This document shows, piece after piece, positions 1 to 8,288 of a stretch of DNA of 36,548 nucleotides. Made by a program: the position numbers and the translations under genes. Source of the stretch: Bdellovibrionia bacterium (GTDB lineage Bacteria > Bdellovibrionota > UBA1018). The notes under the pieces were generated by a model that saw nothing but the letters and a program-made list of their open reading frames with translations, searched no databases and was not told the origin of the DNA. Positions within the stretch are counted from its first letter, which is position 1, and the number at the start of each line of letters is the position of its first letter. Where the stretch lies: the NCBI GenBank assembly GCA_041752095.1, contig JBGSHQ010000133.1, positions 1-36,548 on the forward strand, in the 5' to 3' direction.

Positions 1-740
1 GGAGATTGATGGTGTCGACTTCCGAAGGCGAGACTCTCGGGTAAGTAGTGTGCAGTGAGAGATTTTCGTGATCGAAGCGGATCGATCGTGGGACCCGAAC
101 CATGGAGCGTCCAGGAATTCCAGAAAAGCACATCACCTTTCTGCAATATCGGTGAAAAAACTTGATCCCGATTGCTTTCGATAAAAGTATTTAACTTTTT
201 TAGGTATGCGCCATTGGATGTTTTTTCTTCCTCATTGAGTTCGAAATCAACTCGATGGGTTCCCGGCATGACCCAGAAGCGTCCGGCATCCTCATGAATA
301 TCCTCAAGGGCAAACCAACCGGCTAGAAGCTTCCCGTTCGGTAACGAATCCAGGTAGTAGCTGTCTTGATGACCAGGTGTCCCCGTATTCTGGTCGAACA
401 ACATTGATTGCATGACATTAAATTTTGGATCACCCGTTAATTCCGTGAGGGCCTGACGAATTTCTGGTGAACAAATGACATCCATAACGGCTGCACTAAA
501 TGTTGGATGGAGTGGATAAAAGTGTACGTCACGGAAAGACTCTTTCGAGTACCCGTGCTCACTTAGCCGATTTTTTTCCCAGCGGTTGTTCGACTGGCGA
601 AAAAAGTATTCATTTGAAGGCAGAATATCTTTTCGGTATAATTTAAGGAGGTGATCTATACTGGCATCCGGGATCAGTTTTCGAAAAACGTAGAATCCTT
701 CGGCAGAGTAGTATTCGCGAGGTGATTTTTCTTTCTGCAT
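1..740 (-). CDS. Phytanoyl-CoA dioxygenase (PhyH)-family Fe(II)/2-oxoglutarate dioxygenase; 3' end cut by the window edge
   Basis: Absent from the supplied ORF track because it has no stop inside the window. Hand translation of the reverse strand from the ATG (738-740) stays open to position 3: MQKEKSPREYYSAEGFYVFRKLIPDASIDHLLKLYRKDILPSNEYFFRQS...GTPGHQDSYYLDS...GRFWVMPGTHR...GDVLFWNSWTLHGSGP. The HxD motif (H at 369-371, D at 363-365) and a distal His (102-104) fit the PhyH facial triad. Confidence 0.8.
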   Translation of the reverse strand, partial: MQKEKSPREYYSAEGFYVFRKLIPDASIDHLLKLYRKDILPSNEYFFRQSNNRWEKNRLSEHGYSKESFRDVHFYPLHPTFSAAVMDVICSPEIRQALTELTGDPKFNVMQSMLFDQNTGTPGHQDSYYLDSLPNGKLLAGWFALEDIHEDAGRFWVMPGTHRVDFELNEEEKTSNGAYLKKLNTFIESNRDQVFSPILQKGDVLFWNSWTLHGSGPTIDPLRSRKSLTAHYLPESLAFGSRHHQS

Positions 741-867
741 GACGGCTCCAAAGCTATAAGAAATGACGCGAGTTTATCCCGCCTTATTCCTGTAATACCG
801 CAGTTGACCCATTTTTACACTCTTTCGACGCCTTGACACTGGATGCCGAATACGTGAGTTTCACAGA
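741..867. promoter_or_regulatory. Divergent intergenic region (PhyH-like gene leftward, GT operon rightward); promoters presumed
   Basis: Both flanking genes start here, so promoters must lie in or near it. TTGACC is at 804-809 and TTGACA at 833-838. I found no convincing -10 at proper spacing. Confidence 0.3.
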
Positions 868-1794
868 ATGCCTAACTTGAAGACGCCCGTCGTCTTTATC
901 ATCTTTAATCGCCCAGACGTAACGCGTAAGACGTTCCAAGCAATTAGAAGTGCGAAGCCGAAAAAACTTCTCTTAATAGCTGATGGCCCTCGGCCGGAGC
1001 GAATCGGTGAGGTGGATAAATGCATCGAGACGCGAAAAATTTTAGAAGGAGTCGACTGGGACTGCGAAGTCATACGTTGTTTTTCGGAAACGAATCTGGG
1101 GTGCAAGGAGCGAGTTTCAAGCGGAATCACTTGGGCGTTTGAGCAGGTGGAAGAAGCCATTATTCTTGAAGATGACTGCTTGCCTGATCTTTCATTCTTC
1201 CCTTACTGTGACGAATTGCTGGCGAAATACCGAGATAATTCGAACGTGATGGCGATTTGCGGTAGCTCGTTTATTGAATCTGATATTTCTACTAATGAGA
1301 GCTATTATATGAGTCGACTTCCCATAATTTGGGGATGGGCAAGTTGGCGCCGTGCGTGGAAAAAGTATGACCTCAAAATGACGGAATGGCCACGGTACCG
1401 CGACTCCAAAAAATTCCGAGACACCCTTCCTTCATTCGCCGCTCAACTCCACTACCGAAATCAGATGAACCGAACTTACAAAGGTAAGATCGACACCTGG
1501 GATTATCAGTGGATGTTCGCCTTGTGGGACTCTAACGGTCTTTGTGTAATTCCCACTAAAAATCTCGTTCGGAATATTGGTTTCGGACCGGAAGCAACCC
1601 ATACTCTGTTTTATGACCCTTCCTATGATTCCCCGGTATCTTCAATGGAATTTCCGTTGATCCATCCCAGTACTGGAGTCGAAGTGAATGGTGCGTTCGA
1701 TAAGATTTGGTTAAAAAAGCATCATAACCTCTTCAAGAAGGTTAAGCGAAGGATTCATGAGTGGAAGTATCGTCTGTGCGGGTCTACCAGATGA
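868..1794 (+). CDS. GT-A fold glycosyltransferase (GNT-I/HlpA-like family, usually annotated as family 2)
   Basis: 308 aa ORF. VVFIIFNRPD...LLIADGPRP...NLGCKERVSSGITWAFEQVEEAIILEDDCLP...WGWASWRRAW...DTWDYQWMF...RNIGFGPEATHT are the conserved blocks I recognise for this soluble GT-A family. EDD is the acidic motif. Confidence 0.8.
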   Translation: MPNLKTPVVFIIFNRPDVTRKTFQAIRSAKPKKLLLIADGPRPERIGEVDKCIETRKILEGVDWDCEVIRCFSETNLGCKERVSSGITWAFEQVEEAIILEDDCLPDLSFFPYCDELLAKYRDNSNVMAICGSSFIESDISTNESYYMSRLPIIWGWASWRRAWKKYDLKMTEWPRYRDSKKFRDTLPSFAAQLHYRNQMNRTYKGKIDTWDYQWMFALWDSNGLCVIPTKNLVRNIGFGPEATHTLFYDPSYDSPVSSMEFPLIHPSTGVEVNGAFDKIWLKKHHNLFKKVKRRIHEWKYRLCGSTR

Positions 1795-2627
1795 ATGCAC
1801 CTAAAATTAGCATCGTTATTGCTACTTATAATGCGGAAAAAACCTTAGCTGTCTGTTTAGAGAGTATTTTTTCTCAAGTGTATAAAAACTATGAAATTCT
1901 AATCGCGGACGGGGTGTCCACTGATCGTACTTTAGAGTTGATCAAGTTACATAAGGATCGAATTTTTGCCTGGATCTCAGAAAAAGACATCGGAATTTAC
2001 GACGCCTGGAATAAAATCATCCCCCGCGCCACCGGGGATTGGTTTCTATTCTTAGGTGCGGATGATAGTCTTTGGGATGCCGATACGCTGGCTAAAGCTG
2101 CCGCCCATCTTGCACTCTCTGTAGAGAATGTAGTCTACGGAAAGGTGGCAATCACTTTAACTGATGGAAGTATCCTAAATTTCGAAGGCAAGGATTGGGA
2201 GAGAGTCGGGAAAAAGTTCCGACATGAAATGACAATCCCCCATCAAGGAACATTTCATCGACGAGCGCTTTTTTCGAATCACGGTCTATTCGATCCGACC
2301 TTTCGTATTTGCGGTGATTACGAATTTTTGCTTCGAGAATTAAAATCATGTCCAGCTCGATTTCTTCCAGACTTAACTGTTTCGCGTATGGGATTCGGAG
2401 GAGTGAGTGGAACTTTAAAAAATGTTCCGCAGATTCTAGATGAACTCGTCCGAGCTCAACGACAGAACGGTATAGTTCGACCATCGATCTACATTTTATT
2501 TCGTAGATTCCGTTTCTCCTTCCGGAGGGCCTTAAATCATTGTTTCGGCGTTAAGTTTTCAAACTCAATAGCCGATCTTTACCGCCGCATGACGGGAAAA
2601 CCGCGGTTATGGGGGCGTATTAAGTGA
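1791..2627 (+). CDS. Glycosyltransferase family 2 (WcaE-like)
   Basis: ISIVIATYNAEKTLAVCLESIFSQ...ILIADGVSTDRT...GIYDAWNKI...FLGADD. I prefer the ATG at 1791, which forms an ATGA overlap with the upstream stop at 1792-1794, over the track's GTG at 1761. Confidence 0.85.
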   Translation: MNAPKISIVIATYNAEKTLAVCLESIFSQVYKNYEILIADGVSTDRTLELIKLHKDRIFAWISEKDIGIYDAWNKIIPRATGDWFLFLGADDSLWDADTLAKAAAHLALSVENVVYGKVAITLTDGSILNFEGKDWERVGKKFRHEMTIPHQGTFHRRALFSNHGLFDPTFRICGDYEFLLRELKSCPARFLPDLTVSRMGFGGVSGTLKNVPQILDELVRAQRQNGIVRPSIYILFRRFRFSFRRALNHCFGVKFSNSIADLYRRMTGKPRLWGRIK

Positions 2628-3526
2628 AATTCGGAATAGTAACCCCCACTTTCCAAGGAGCACGATTTTTAAGAGAAACTATAGAAAGTGTCCTTTCTCA
2701 GGAGGGAGATTTTAGCATTCATTATCATATCCAGGATGGAGGATCGACCGACGGGTCTTTCGCGATTTTTAAAGAGTATGAAGCGAAGGTAAAACGAGGC
2801 GAGTACTCGGGATGCCAAAAAACTCTCGAGTTTACTTGGCATTCTGAGAATGACTCCGGAATGTATGATGCTATAAACCGGGGATTCAAAAGAATGGATT
2901 GTGATTTCTATGCTTGGATTAACTCCGACGATACTTATACGGCGGGTGCTTTTAACCATATCGCAAATGTATTCCAGGTATTTCCAAAAATAGAATGGTT
3001 AAAAGGAGTTACGGATTACATCGATGAAGATTCAAAACTCCTTGTAGCTGGTCGGTGTTACCTTTATGAAAAAGAATGGATACTGAAGGGTATTTATGGA
3101 AATGAAAGCTACTTTCTAGAACAGGACAGCATGTTCTGGAGAAAATCTCTTTGGAGTCGTGCTGGCCCAATCGACTCTAGCCTAAAACTCGCTGGAGATT
3201 TTTATCTGTGGTTTAAATTTGCTCAGTCGTCCGAACTTTACTCGCTAAACGAGCGTGTGAGTTCCTTTCGAAAAGTTGCCGGTCAGCTCAGTCAGGATTT
3301 GCCCAAGTATCGAAGCGAAATGAACGATATACTCGGTGGTGAGCGCGAGGCATTTCCTGCAATAAAGTTTTTCTTTAAGATATTACGACGGCTTCCGTTT
3401 CAAGTGGGCCAGACCATATTTAGCTCTTTTCGGCCAGGCATATTACCACTACTTGAGCGAGATGCGTCGGGTGTATTTACACTACGTAGGGTAAAAGGTT
3501 TTGCTCGACTGCCCATTCAACGGTGA
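2624..3526 (+). CDS. Glycosyltransferase family 2
   Basis: FGIVTPTFQGARFLRETIESVLSQ...IQDGGSTDGS...GMYDAINRGF...WINSDD. The GTG start forms a GTGA overlap with the upstream stop. Confidence 0.85.
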   Translation: MKFGIVTPTFQGARFLRETIESVLSQEGDFSIHYHIQDGGSTDGSFAIFKEYEAKVKRGEYSGCQKTLEFTWHSENDSGMYDAINRGFKRMDCDFYAWINSDDTYTAGAFNHIANVFQVFPKIEWLKGVTDYIDEDSKLLVAGRCYLYEKEWILKGIYGNESYFLEQDSMFWRKSLWSRAGPIDSSLKLAGDFYLWFKFAQSSELYSLNERVSSFRKVAGQLSQDLPKYRSEMNDILGGEREAFPAIKFFFKILRRLPFQVGQTIFSSFRPGILPLLERDASGVFTLRRVKGFARLPIQR

Positions 3527-4489
3527 AACTTCGATTAGGAAACTATCACCTATTCCGAACAGATCGATAAGGCGCAGGAGTGGAATAAATAGGTATGCCG
3601 TGGCAGTGGACAATTTACGAAAAAATAAAAATTGCCATGAATGAGACGCCTGAGGATTCCAAGTGGGATTAGGAATGCCCGGTTTTGGAGGGTTCAGTAA
3701 ATCCATAATTTGCAGCTTAAACCATTCTGTTGGAGTAACTGTTCTGAGTGAGCGAAGTTCAAATCCCGCTTCGGCTAGCACTTTTTCGAGACTTGCCCGC
3801 GTGAAAAAATGAAGATGATAGGGCACGTGCCAATTTATCCAAGTCCTACCAGCAAGTCGGCAACTGAGTCCGTCTATATTAGGGAAAGCCATAACTACCC
3901 GTCCAGTTTTTTTCAGTTTAGAACGGATCTGAATTAAAAATTCTACGGGATGGGTCACGTGCTCCAGAACTTGGCTTAGCGTGATGCAATCGAGCGAATG
4001 GTCTGGAAGAGGTAATGTTTTTAAATCCCCAAAGTGAATCTTAAGACTTAAAGTTTTTGCAATCGGTTCCACATTCCGGTCGTATTCACTTCCGTACGCA
4101 ATCGCACCTATGTTTTCAAGTTCCAGCAGAGATACGCCTGCCCCACAACCGATGTCGAGTACAGACTCTCCCGTCTTCGCATGAAAATGAGCGTTAATTC
4201 CAAGTCCTTTTAAGAACACTGCGATTTGCTGAATCAACGTGCCCCGATAGCGAGCGAGACTGCGCACGAAATCAGGAGTGAGCGACTTTCGTGGATAATA
4301 ACGAGTGTAAATTTCCGCGAGTTCGACTTCCCCAGGAGAGGGGATGATCGTGCCGTGTCCGCATCTCTCACATCGAAAAACTTTAAAAGATCCAGGAAAT
4401 GCGTGGCGGTCGTCGAAAAGTTTCGATTGAAAGAGGTGGGTCTTACTCTGGCATACCGGGCATAGACATTCTGTTTCTAGATTTTTCAC
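3482..4489 (-). CDS. Class I SAM-dependent methyltransferase with an N-terminal CxxC...CxxC zinc ribbon
   Basis: CPVCQSK...FRCERCGHG is followed by the SAM motif I VLDIGCGAGVSL and a later ITLSQVLEHV. 335 aa. Confidence 0.85.
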   Translation of the reverse strand: MKNLETECLCPVCQSKTHLFQSKLFDDRHAFPGSFKVFRCERCGHGTIIPSPGEVELAEIYTRYYPRKSLTPDFVRSLARYRGTLIQQIAVFLKGLGINAHFHAKTGESVLDIGCGAGVSLLELENIGAIAYGSEYDRNVEPIAKTLSLKIHFGDLKTLPLPDHSLDCITLSQVLEHVTHPVEFLIQIRSKLKKTGRVVMAFPNIDGLSCRLAGRTWINWHVPYHLHFFTRASLEKVLAEAGFELRSLRTVTPTEWFKLQIMDLLNPPKPGIPNPTWNPQASHSWQFLFFRKLSTATAYLFIPLLRLIDLFGIGDSFLIEVSPLNGQSSKTFYPT

Positions 4490-4857
4490 AACGTGGAAAC
4501 TCTGGATTTATTACGATCCTGAAGGAAGTAAATGCGACGCACGATAAAGAACACACCACTTTTTAAGTGATTTAATAGACCGCAACGAAGCCACCATTTT
4601 AAAAAGGAATAAAGTCCTAAAACCATTCTGGGCTTTGGAATGCTTTTAGGCCATCTAAGGTAATACCCACGAGCGACCTCATATGCGTCAATGAGAGCAT
4701 TTCTTTTCCCAGTGGCACCCGCCTGAATAGTAATACTCCTAACTTGATCACAGACTACTACCTCGCAGGGCACGGTTTGTATCAGTGCCGAATCGATCGC
4801 TCGACTGAAAAGTCTTGCATGATTAAATGTGGGAATAACGATCGACGCCTGAGTCAT
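4486..4857 (-). CDS. Degenerate, truncated GT2-like protein (possible gene remnant)
   Basis: Only 123 aa. The N-terminus IVIPTFNHARLFSRAIDSALIQT..EVVVCD is a GT2 opening. The DDGSxD block and the DxD block are missing (YLRWPKS stands where FLDxDD is expected). Confidence 0.45.
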   Translation of the reverse strand: MTQASIVIPTFNHARLFSRAIDSALIQTVPCEVVVCDQVRSITIQAGATGKRNALIDAYEVARGYYLRWPKSIPKPRMVLGLYSFLKWWLRCGLLNHLKSGVFFIVRRIYFLQDRNKSRVSTL

Positions 4858-4865
4858 AATTTCTT

Positions 4866-5618
4866 TTATTCCTTTAAGCGAAATTTATCCCGCAAAACAA
4901 AGGCGATGAATTTAGAATTAGTAATGAGATAGCGTTTCCATAGGCGCTTAGGCTCCTGCAAAAATCGATAAAACCATTCTAGCCCCGTCTTTTGCATCCA
5001 AGCTGGAGCTCGATCCTTCGTTAGAGCAAGGAAATCAAAGGCAGCCCCAACGCCGAAAAAAAGAGTATTGGGCGCCGTGCCACTCACAGTTTCCATCCAG
5101 AGCTCCTGTTTTGGAGCCCCTAGACCGATCCAAACCACTTGGGGTTGTGCTCCTGCGGGAAGTTGAGATTGAAAAGCATTCCAATCTTCAATTGCCCCTT
5201 TGTCGGAAAATGGTCGCATCGGTGGGCTGTAGCAATCCGCATTTAAGGAATATATTCGCTTGAGCGACTCCGCTTGCCCCGGCGCACCACCAATAAAACC
5301 GTGTTGAATGTTCGGAAATTCTTTTAGGAAACGGGCCATAAAATCGGGTCCACAAACTCGAGAAGCAATGGGATGGGGACCAAATTTTGTTAGCCACACT
5401 AACGGAGTACCGTCGGCCAGGGCTAACGTGGCCTTTCCTAGAGCACGGTGTAGAGAGGGGTTTTCTTGGGCCTCGGTCACCGAATGAACGTTTGCGAAGC
5501 ATACAAAGCCCCCCTCTTGGAGCTCGGCTCGTTTGGCGCAAAACGAGACGGCTTCACCCAGTCCCAGACGCGAGATCGGCAAACCTAAAATATGTACGAC
5601 AGGAGGGGTAGGAAGCAC
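4866..5618 (-). CDS. WecB/TagA/CpsF-family glycosyltransferase (GT26)
   Basis: HILGLPISRLGLGEAVSF...FVCFANVHSVTEAQ...LALADGTPLVW...IGLGAPKQELWM...EWFYRFLQEPKRLWKRY are typical GT26 blocks. 250 aa. Confidence 0.85.
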   Translation of the reverse strand: MLPTPPVVHILGLPISRLGLGEAVSFCAKRAELQEGGFVCFANVHSVTEAQENPSLHRALGKATLALADGTPLVWLTKFGPHPIASRVCGPDFMARFLKEFPNIQHGFIGGAPGQAESLKRIYSLNADCYSPPMRPFSDKGAIEDWNAFQSQLPAGAQPQVVWIGLGAPKQELWMETVSGTAPNTLFFGVGAAFDFLALTKDRAPAWMQKTGLEWFYRFLQEPKRLWKRYLITNSKFIAFVLRDKFRLKE

Positions 5619-5672
5619 ATTGTCGAGAGTATCAAACTTCGATAGAAATTAAACCTAGGATGGTAGGACAGG
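5619..5672. promoter_or_regulatory. Short divergent intergenic region between GT26 and the priming transferase
   Basis: Only 54 bp separate two divergent starts, so the promoters must overlap each other or the coding ends. No hexamers were assigned. Confidence 0.25.
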
Positions 5673-7070
5673 ATGCTTAAGCAGAGAAATGAACAGATTC
5701 AAGCAGCGGCTCGTGGACTCGATTTATTTGTTTGCGTCATCGCTTTTTTTGCCGCCTACCACTTAAAGCCAGGCGCCATCGATCCGATTGAAAGCCTCAC
5801 GTGGTTTTTAGGCGCGAGTATAGTTCTTCATTTAGTCATTTATCCCCTGAACCGTTTTTATGAGTCCCTCCGGCTGAAATCGATCACTGATATCGTACTC
5901 ATGGTAATTCGTGCGGGCATCATGGAGTTTTTCATTTTAGGAACCCTCGTCTTTATAGTTCAAGCTAAAACGACTTCACGTTACTTCTTTGGGCTTTTTC
6001 TTCTTATTAACTACGCGCTCGTTCTTGTTGAAAAACTAGGCGTTCGTATTCTTTTAACGGTGATCCGGAAGCGGGGATATAATTACCGACAGCTTCTTGT
6101 CGTGGGTTCGGGACCGAATGCTGACCATGTGATTCGTTCCTTAAAAAGAAATAATCACTGGGGATATGTTCCGATTGGTATTCTTTCATTCAGTGATAAA
6201 GATTCTGAATCACTACATGGCGTTCCTGTACTAGGTCGAGTTTCAGAACTCGAGTCGATCGTTCGTGGCCGTACAGTCGATGAGGTTGTCTTTGCTCTCG
6301 ATCGTTTTAATTCGGAAGAACTGACAGAGCCGATGTTTCTTTGCGAAAGGCTTGGAATTTCAACACGGGTTTCACTCGCTTTTTTTGATTTAACACGCCA
6401 GAAAATTGCTTTTACCCAAATGGAAGAAATTCCCCTTCTCACTTTTTACACTACTCTTCGAACCCCGACTGAAGAGTTCATTAAACGAGTGATGGATATC
6501 TGTGTTTCGGTGATCGGGTTAATGATCACATTGGTTCTAACACCTTGGATTTACTTTAAAATCCAGCGCGAGAGTCCAGGTCCCATCCTTTTTAAGCAAC
6601 CGAGAGTTGGCGAAAACGGAAGAAGTTTTAAGTGCTATAAATTCAGGACAATGTCACTTGATGCTGAAGCCCGAAAACAGGAACTCGCCGATAAAAACCA
6701 AATGGAGGGACCACTCTTTAAAATTGAGAATGATCCTCGAGTTTATCCATTCGGTGCATTCATGCGACGAACATCCATAGATGAGCTTCCTCAGTTTTTT
6801 AATATTTTGCGTGGAGATATGAGTGTTGTCGGAACTCGTCCTCCGACACCCGACGAGGTAAAAAAGTATGAAACTCACTTCCGAAAGCGACTCAGTATTC
6901 GCCCCGGACTCACAGGCTTATGGCAAGTCAGTGGTCGGAACGAAATACGAAACTTCGAAGATGTCCTTAAAATCGACGTCGAGTATATCGAACGTTGGTC
7001 CATCGGTCTCGATATCCGAATCATTTTTAAAACGATTTGGGTAATTCTCTTCCGACGAGGGGCTTATTAA
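5673..7070 (+). CDS. Polyprenyl-phosphate hexose-1-phosphate transferase (large WbaP-type priming phosphoglycosyl transferase)
   Basis: 465 aa with N-terminal TM helices and a central LLVVGSGPNA Rossmann-like segment. The C-terminal bacterial sugar transferase domain reads PGPILFKQPRVGENGRSFKCYKFRTM...DPRVYPFGAFMRRTSIDELPQFFNILRGDMSVVGTRPP...PGLTGLWQVSGR. Confidence 0.9.
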   Translation: MLKQRNEQIQAAARGLDLFVCVIAFFAAYHLKPGAIDPIESLTWFLGASIVLHLVIYPLNRFYESLRLKSITDIVLMVIRAGIMEFFILGTLVFIVQAKTTSRYFFGLFLLINYALVLVEKLGVRILLTVIRKRGYNYRQLLVVGSGPNADHVIRSLKRNNHWGYVPIGILSFSDKDSESLHGVPVLGRVSELESIVRGRTVDEVVFALDRFNSEELTEPMFLCERLGISTRVSLAFFDLTRQKIAFTQMEEIPLLTFYTTLRTPTEEFIKRVMDICVSVIGLMITLVLTPWIYFKIQRESPGPILFKQPRVGENGRSFKCYKFRTMSLDAEARKQELADKNQMEGPLFKIENDPRVYPFGAFMRRTSIDELPQFFNILRGDMSVVGTRPPTPDEVKKYETHFRKRLSIRPGLTGLWQVSGRNEIRNFEDVLKIDVEYIERWSIGLDIRIIFKTIWVILFRRGAY

Positions 7071-7091
7071 GTATTAGAATTTTGTCGGTGA

Positions 7092-8288
7092 TTATTCCTG
7101 AGAGTTTATGAAGTGGCGGGACCTAAGTGCTACCATTCCTACTGTAACTAGAATCATTGCCGAAGGGCGAATAATAAGGCTATCCACCGTTAAACCGGAA
7201 ATAATAAAAAATAGCGGGATAGCGTTCTGTATTGGGTGCAGTTCAAGACGGCGGGTTATCCATGACTTCCAGAGTAAGAATGCCGTCGCTGATGTTAAAA
7301 GAACGCCCCCCCGACTGAAAATGAATAAGTAAATATTATCAGAAAAATGAGGGTGAAACCCCATCCCGAAGATAAGGCGATCTATTCGCGAAACTAAAAA
7401 GTTCCAGTATACAGACCAAAGTCCAAACCTAAAGATAAACGTTTCATATTTAGCGACTACAAAAAAATTATTTCTAAAAATAAATAATACCGTAACAAAA
7501 AAAAGTAAACAGGATGCGACCATAAAGCGACTTCGCATACGGTCCATAGTGCTTAAAAAAACAAGCAATAAAGCCAAAAAAACAGCGATAAATGCAGTAA
7601 TTGTTTTAGAAAGAAAAATTCCGATAATGACGAGTAGATAAATAAACGCCCGCCTGTTTTTTTTAGCCCATCTAGTATCAAAGAGTATAAGCAAGCTTAA
7701 ACTTAGCGAAACCGAAGCTTCGATCGGCGATCGGAAAACGCCGTAGATTCGATCAGCCCACGGCATTGCATCTGGGTCGTACCCATAGATATGACCTAAG
7801 ATCGTTCTAATGTTGGGAGAAATTTTCGCAATCATCATCGATAGCGTAGCCCCGATGCAGCAAGCGGCAAGTGTTCGCATGAGTAATACGGCGTTTAATC
7901 GAGATCTGTAAACAACGTACGCTGCAATAATCCATGTGAAAAAACGAAAAGTGACGATTCCTTCTTTGGAAAATATGAATAAATCATCTTTGGGAGTTTC
8001 GAGATATTTTGAAAATGCATCATGCATGCTCGGGCGATTAAATCCGTGAATGAAGACGATAAAAAAAACAAAAAATACCCCAGAAAAAATTTTAAGATCG
8101 CGCTTCTGCTCGTTCTTAGACGAACCAATGAATAATCTGTATCCGAAATATAATGCCCACACACAAAGCCATAGATCTGAAGCAAATACGAGTCGATCTC
8201 CAAAAGGAATAGGGGGGCAGAAAAAAGTTAAAACGAGCTGAATACAAAGCGCTAAGGTTAGTAATCGTTCAAAAAAAACGGAGTTCAT
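7092..8288 (-). CDS. O-antigen polymerase / O-antigen-ligase-like polytopic membrane protein (Wzy-type)
   Basis: 398 aa, very hydrophobic and very AT-rich, with roughly 10 or more predicted TM stretches. It sits between the priming transferase and the modification genes. No catalytic motif could be verified by eye. Confidence 0.6.
   Translation of the reverse strand: MNSVFFERLLTLALCIQLVLTFFCPPIPFGDRLVFASDLWLCVWALYFGYRLFIGSSKNEQKRDLKIFSGVFFVFFIVFIHGFNRPSMHDAFSKYLETPKDDLFIFSKEGIVTFRFFTWIIAAYVVYRSRLNAVLLMRTLAACCIGATLSMMIAKISPNIRTILGHIYGYDPDAMPWADRIYGVFRSPIEASVSLSLSLLILFDTRWAKKNRRAFIYLLVIIGIFLSKTITAFIAVFLALLLVFLSTMDRMRSRFMVASCLLFFVTVLFIFRNNFFVVAKYETFIFRFGLWSVYWNFLVSRIDRLIFGMGFHPHFSDNIYLFIFSRGGVLLTSATAFLLWKSWITRRLELHPIQNAIPLFFIISGLTVDSLIIRPSAMILVTVGMVALRSRHFINSQE

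Noticed and set aside
861-1160. 99-aa ORF antisense to the first glycosyltransferase. Similar embedded ORFs occur at 2152-2484, 2669-2959, 5188-5541, 6155-6442, 7895-8203, 12715-13086, 23746-24033 and 28434-28784, among others.
   Set aside because: All lie wholly inside longer ORFs that have clear family motifs. Their translations are low-complexity or Arg/Ser-rich with no recognisable domains. They are typical shadow ORFs.
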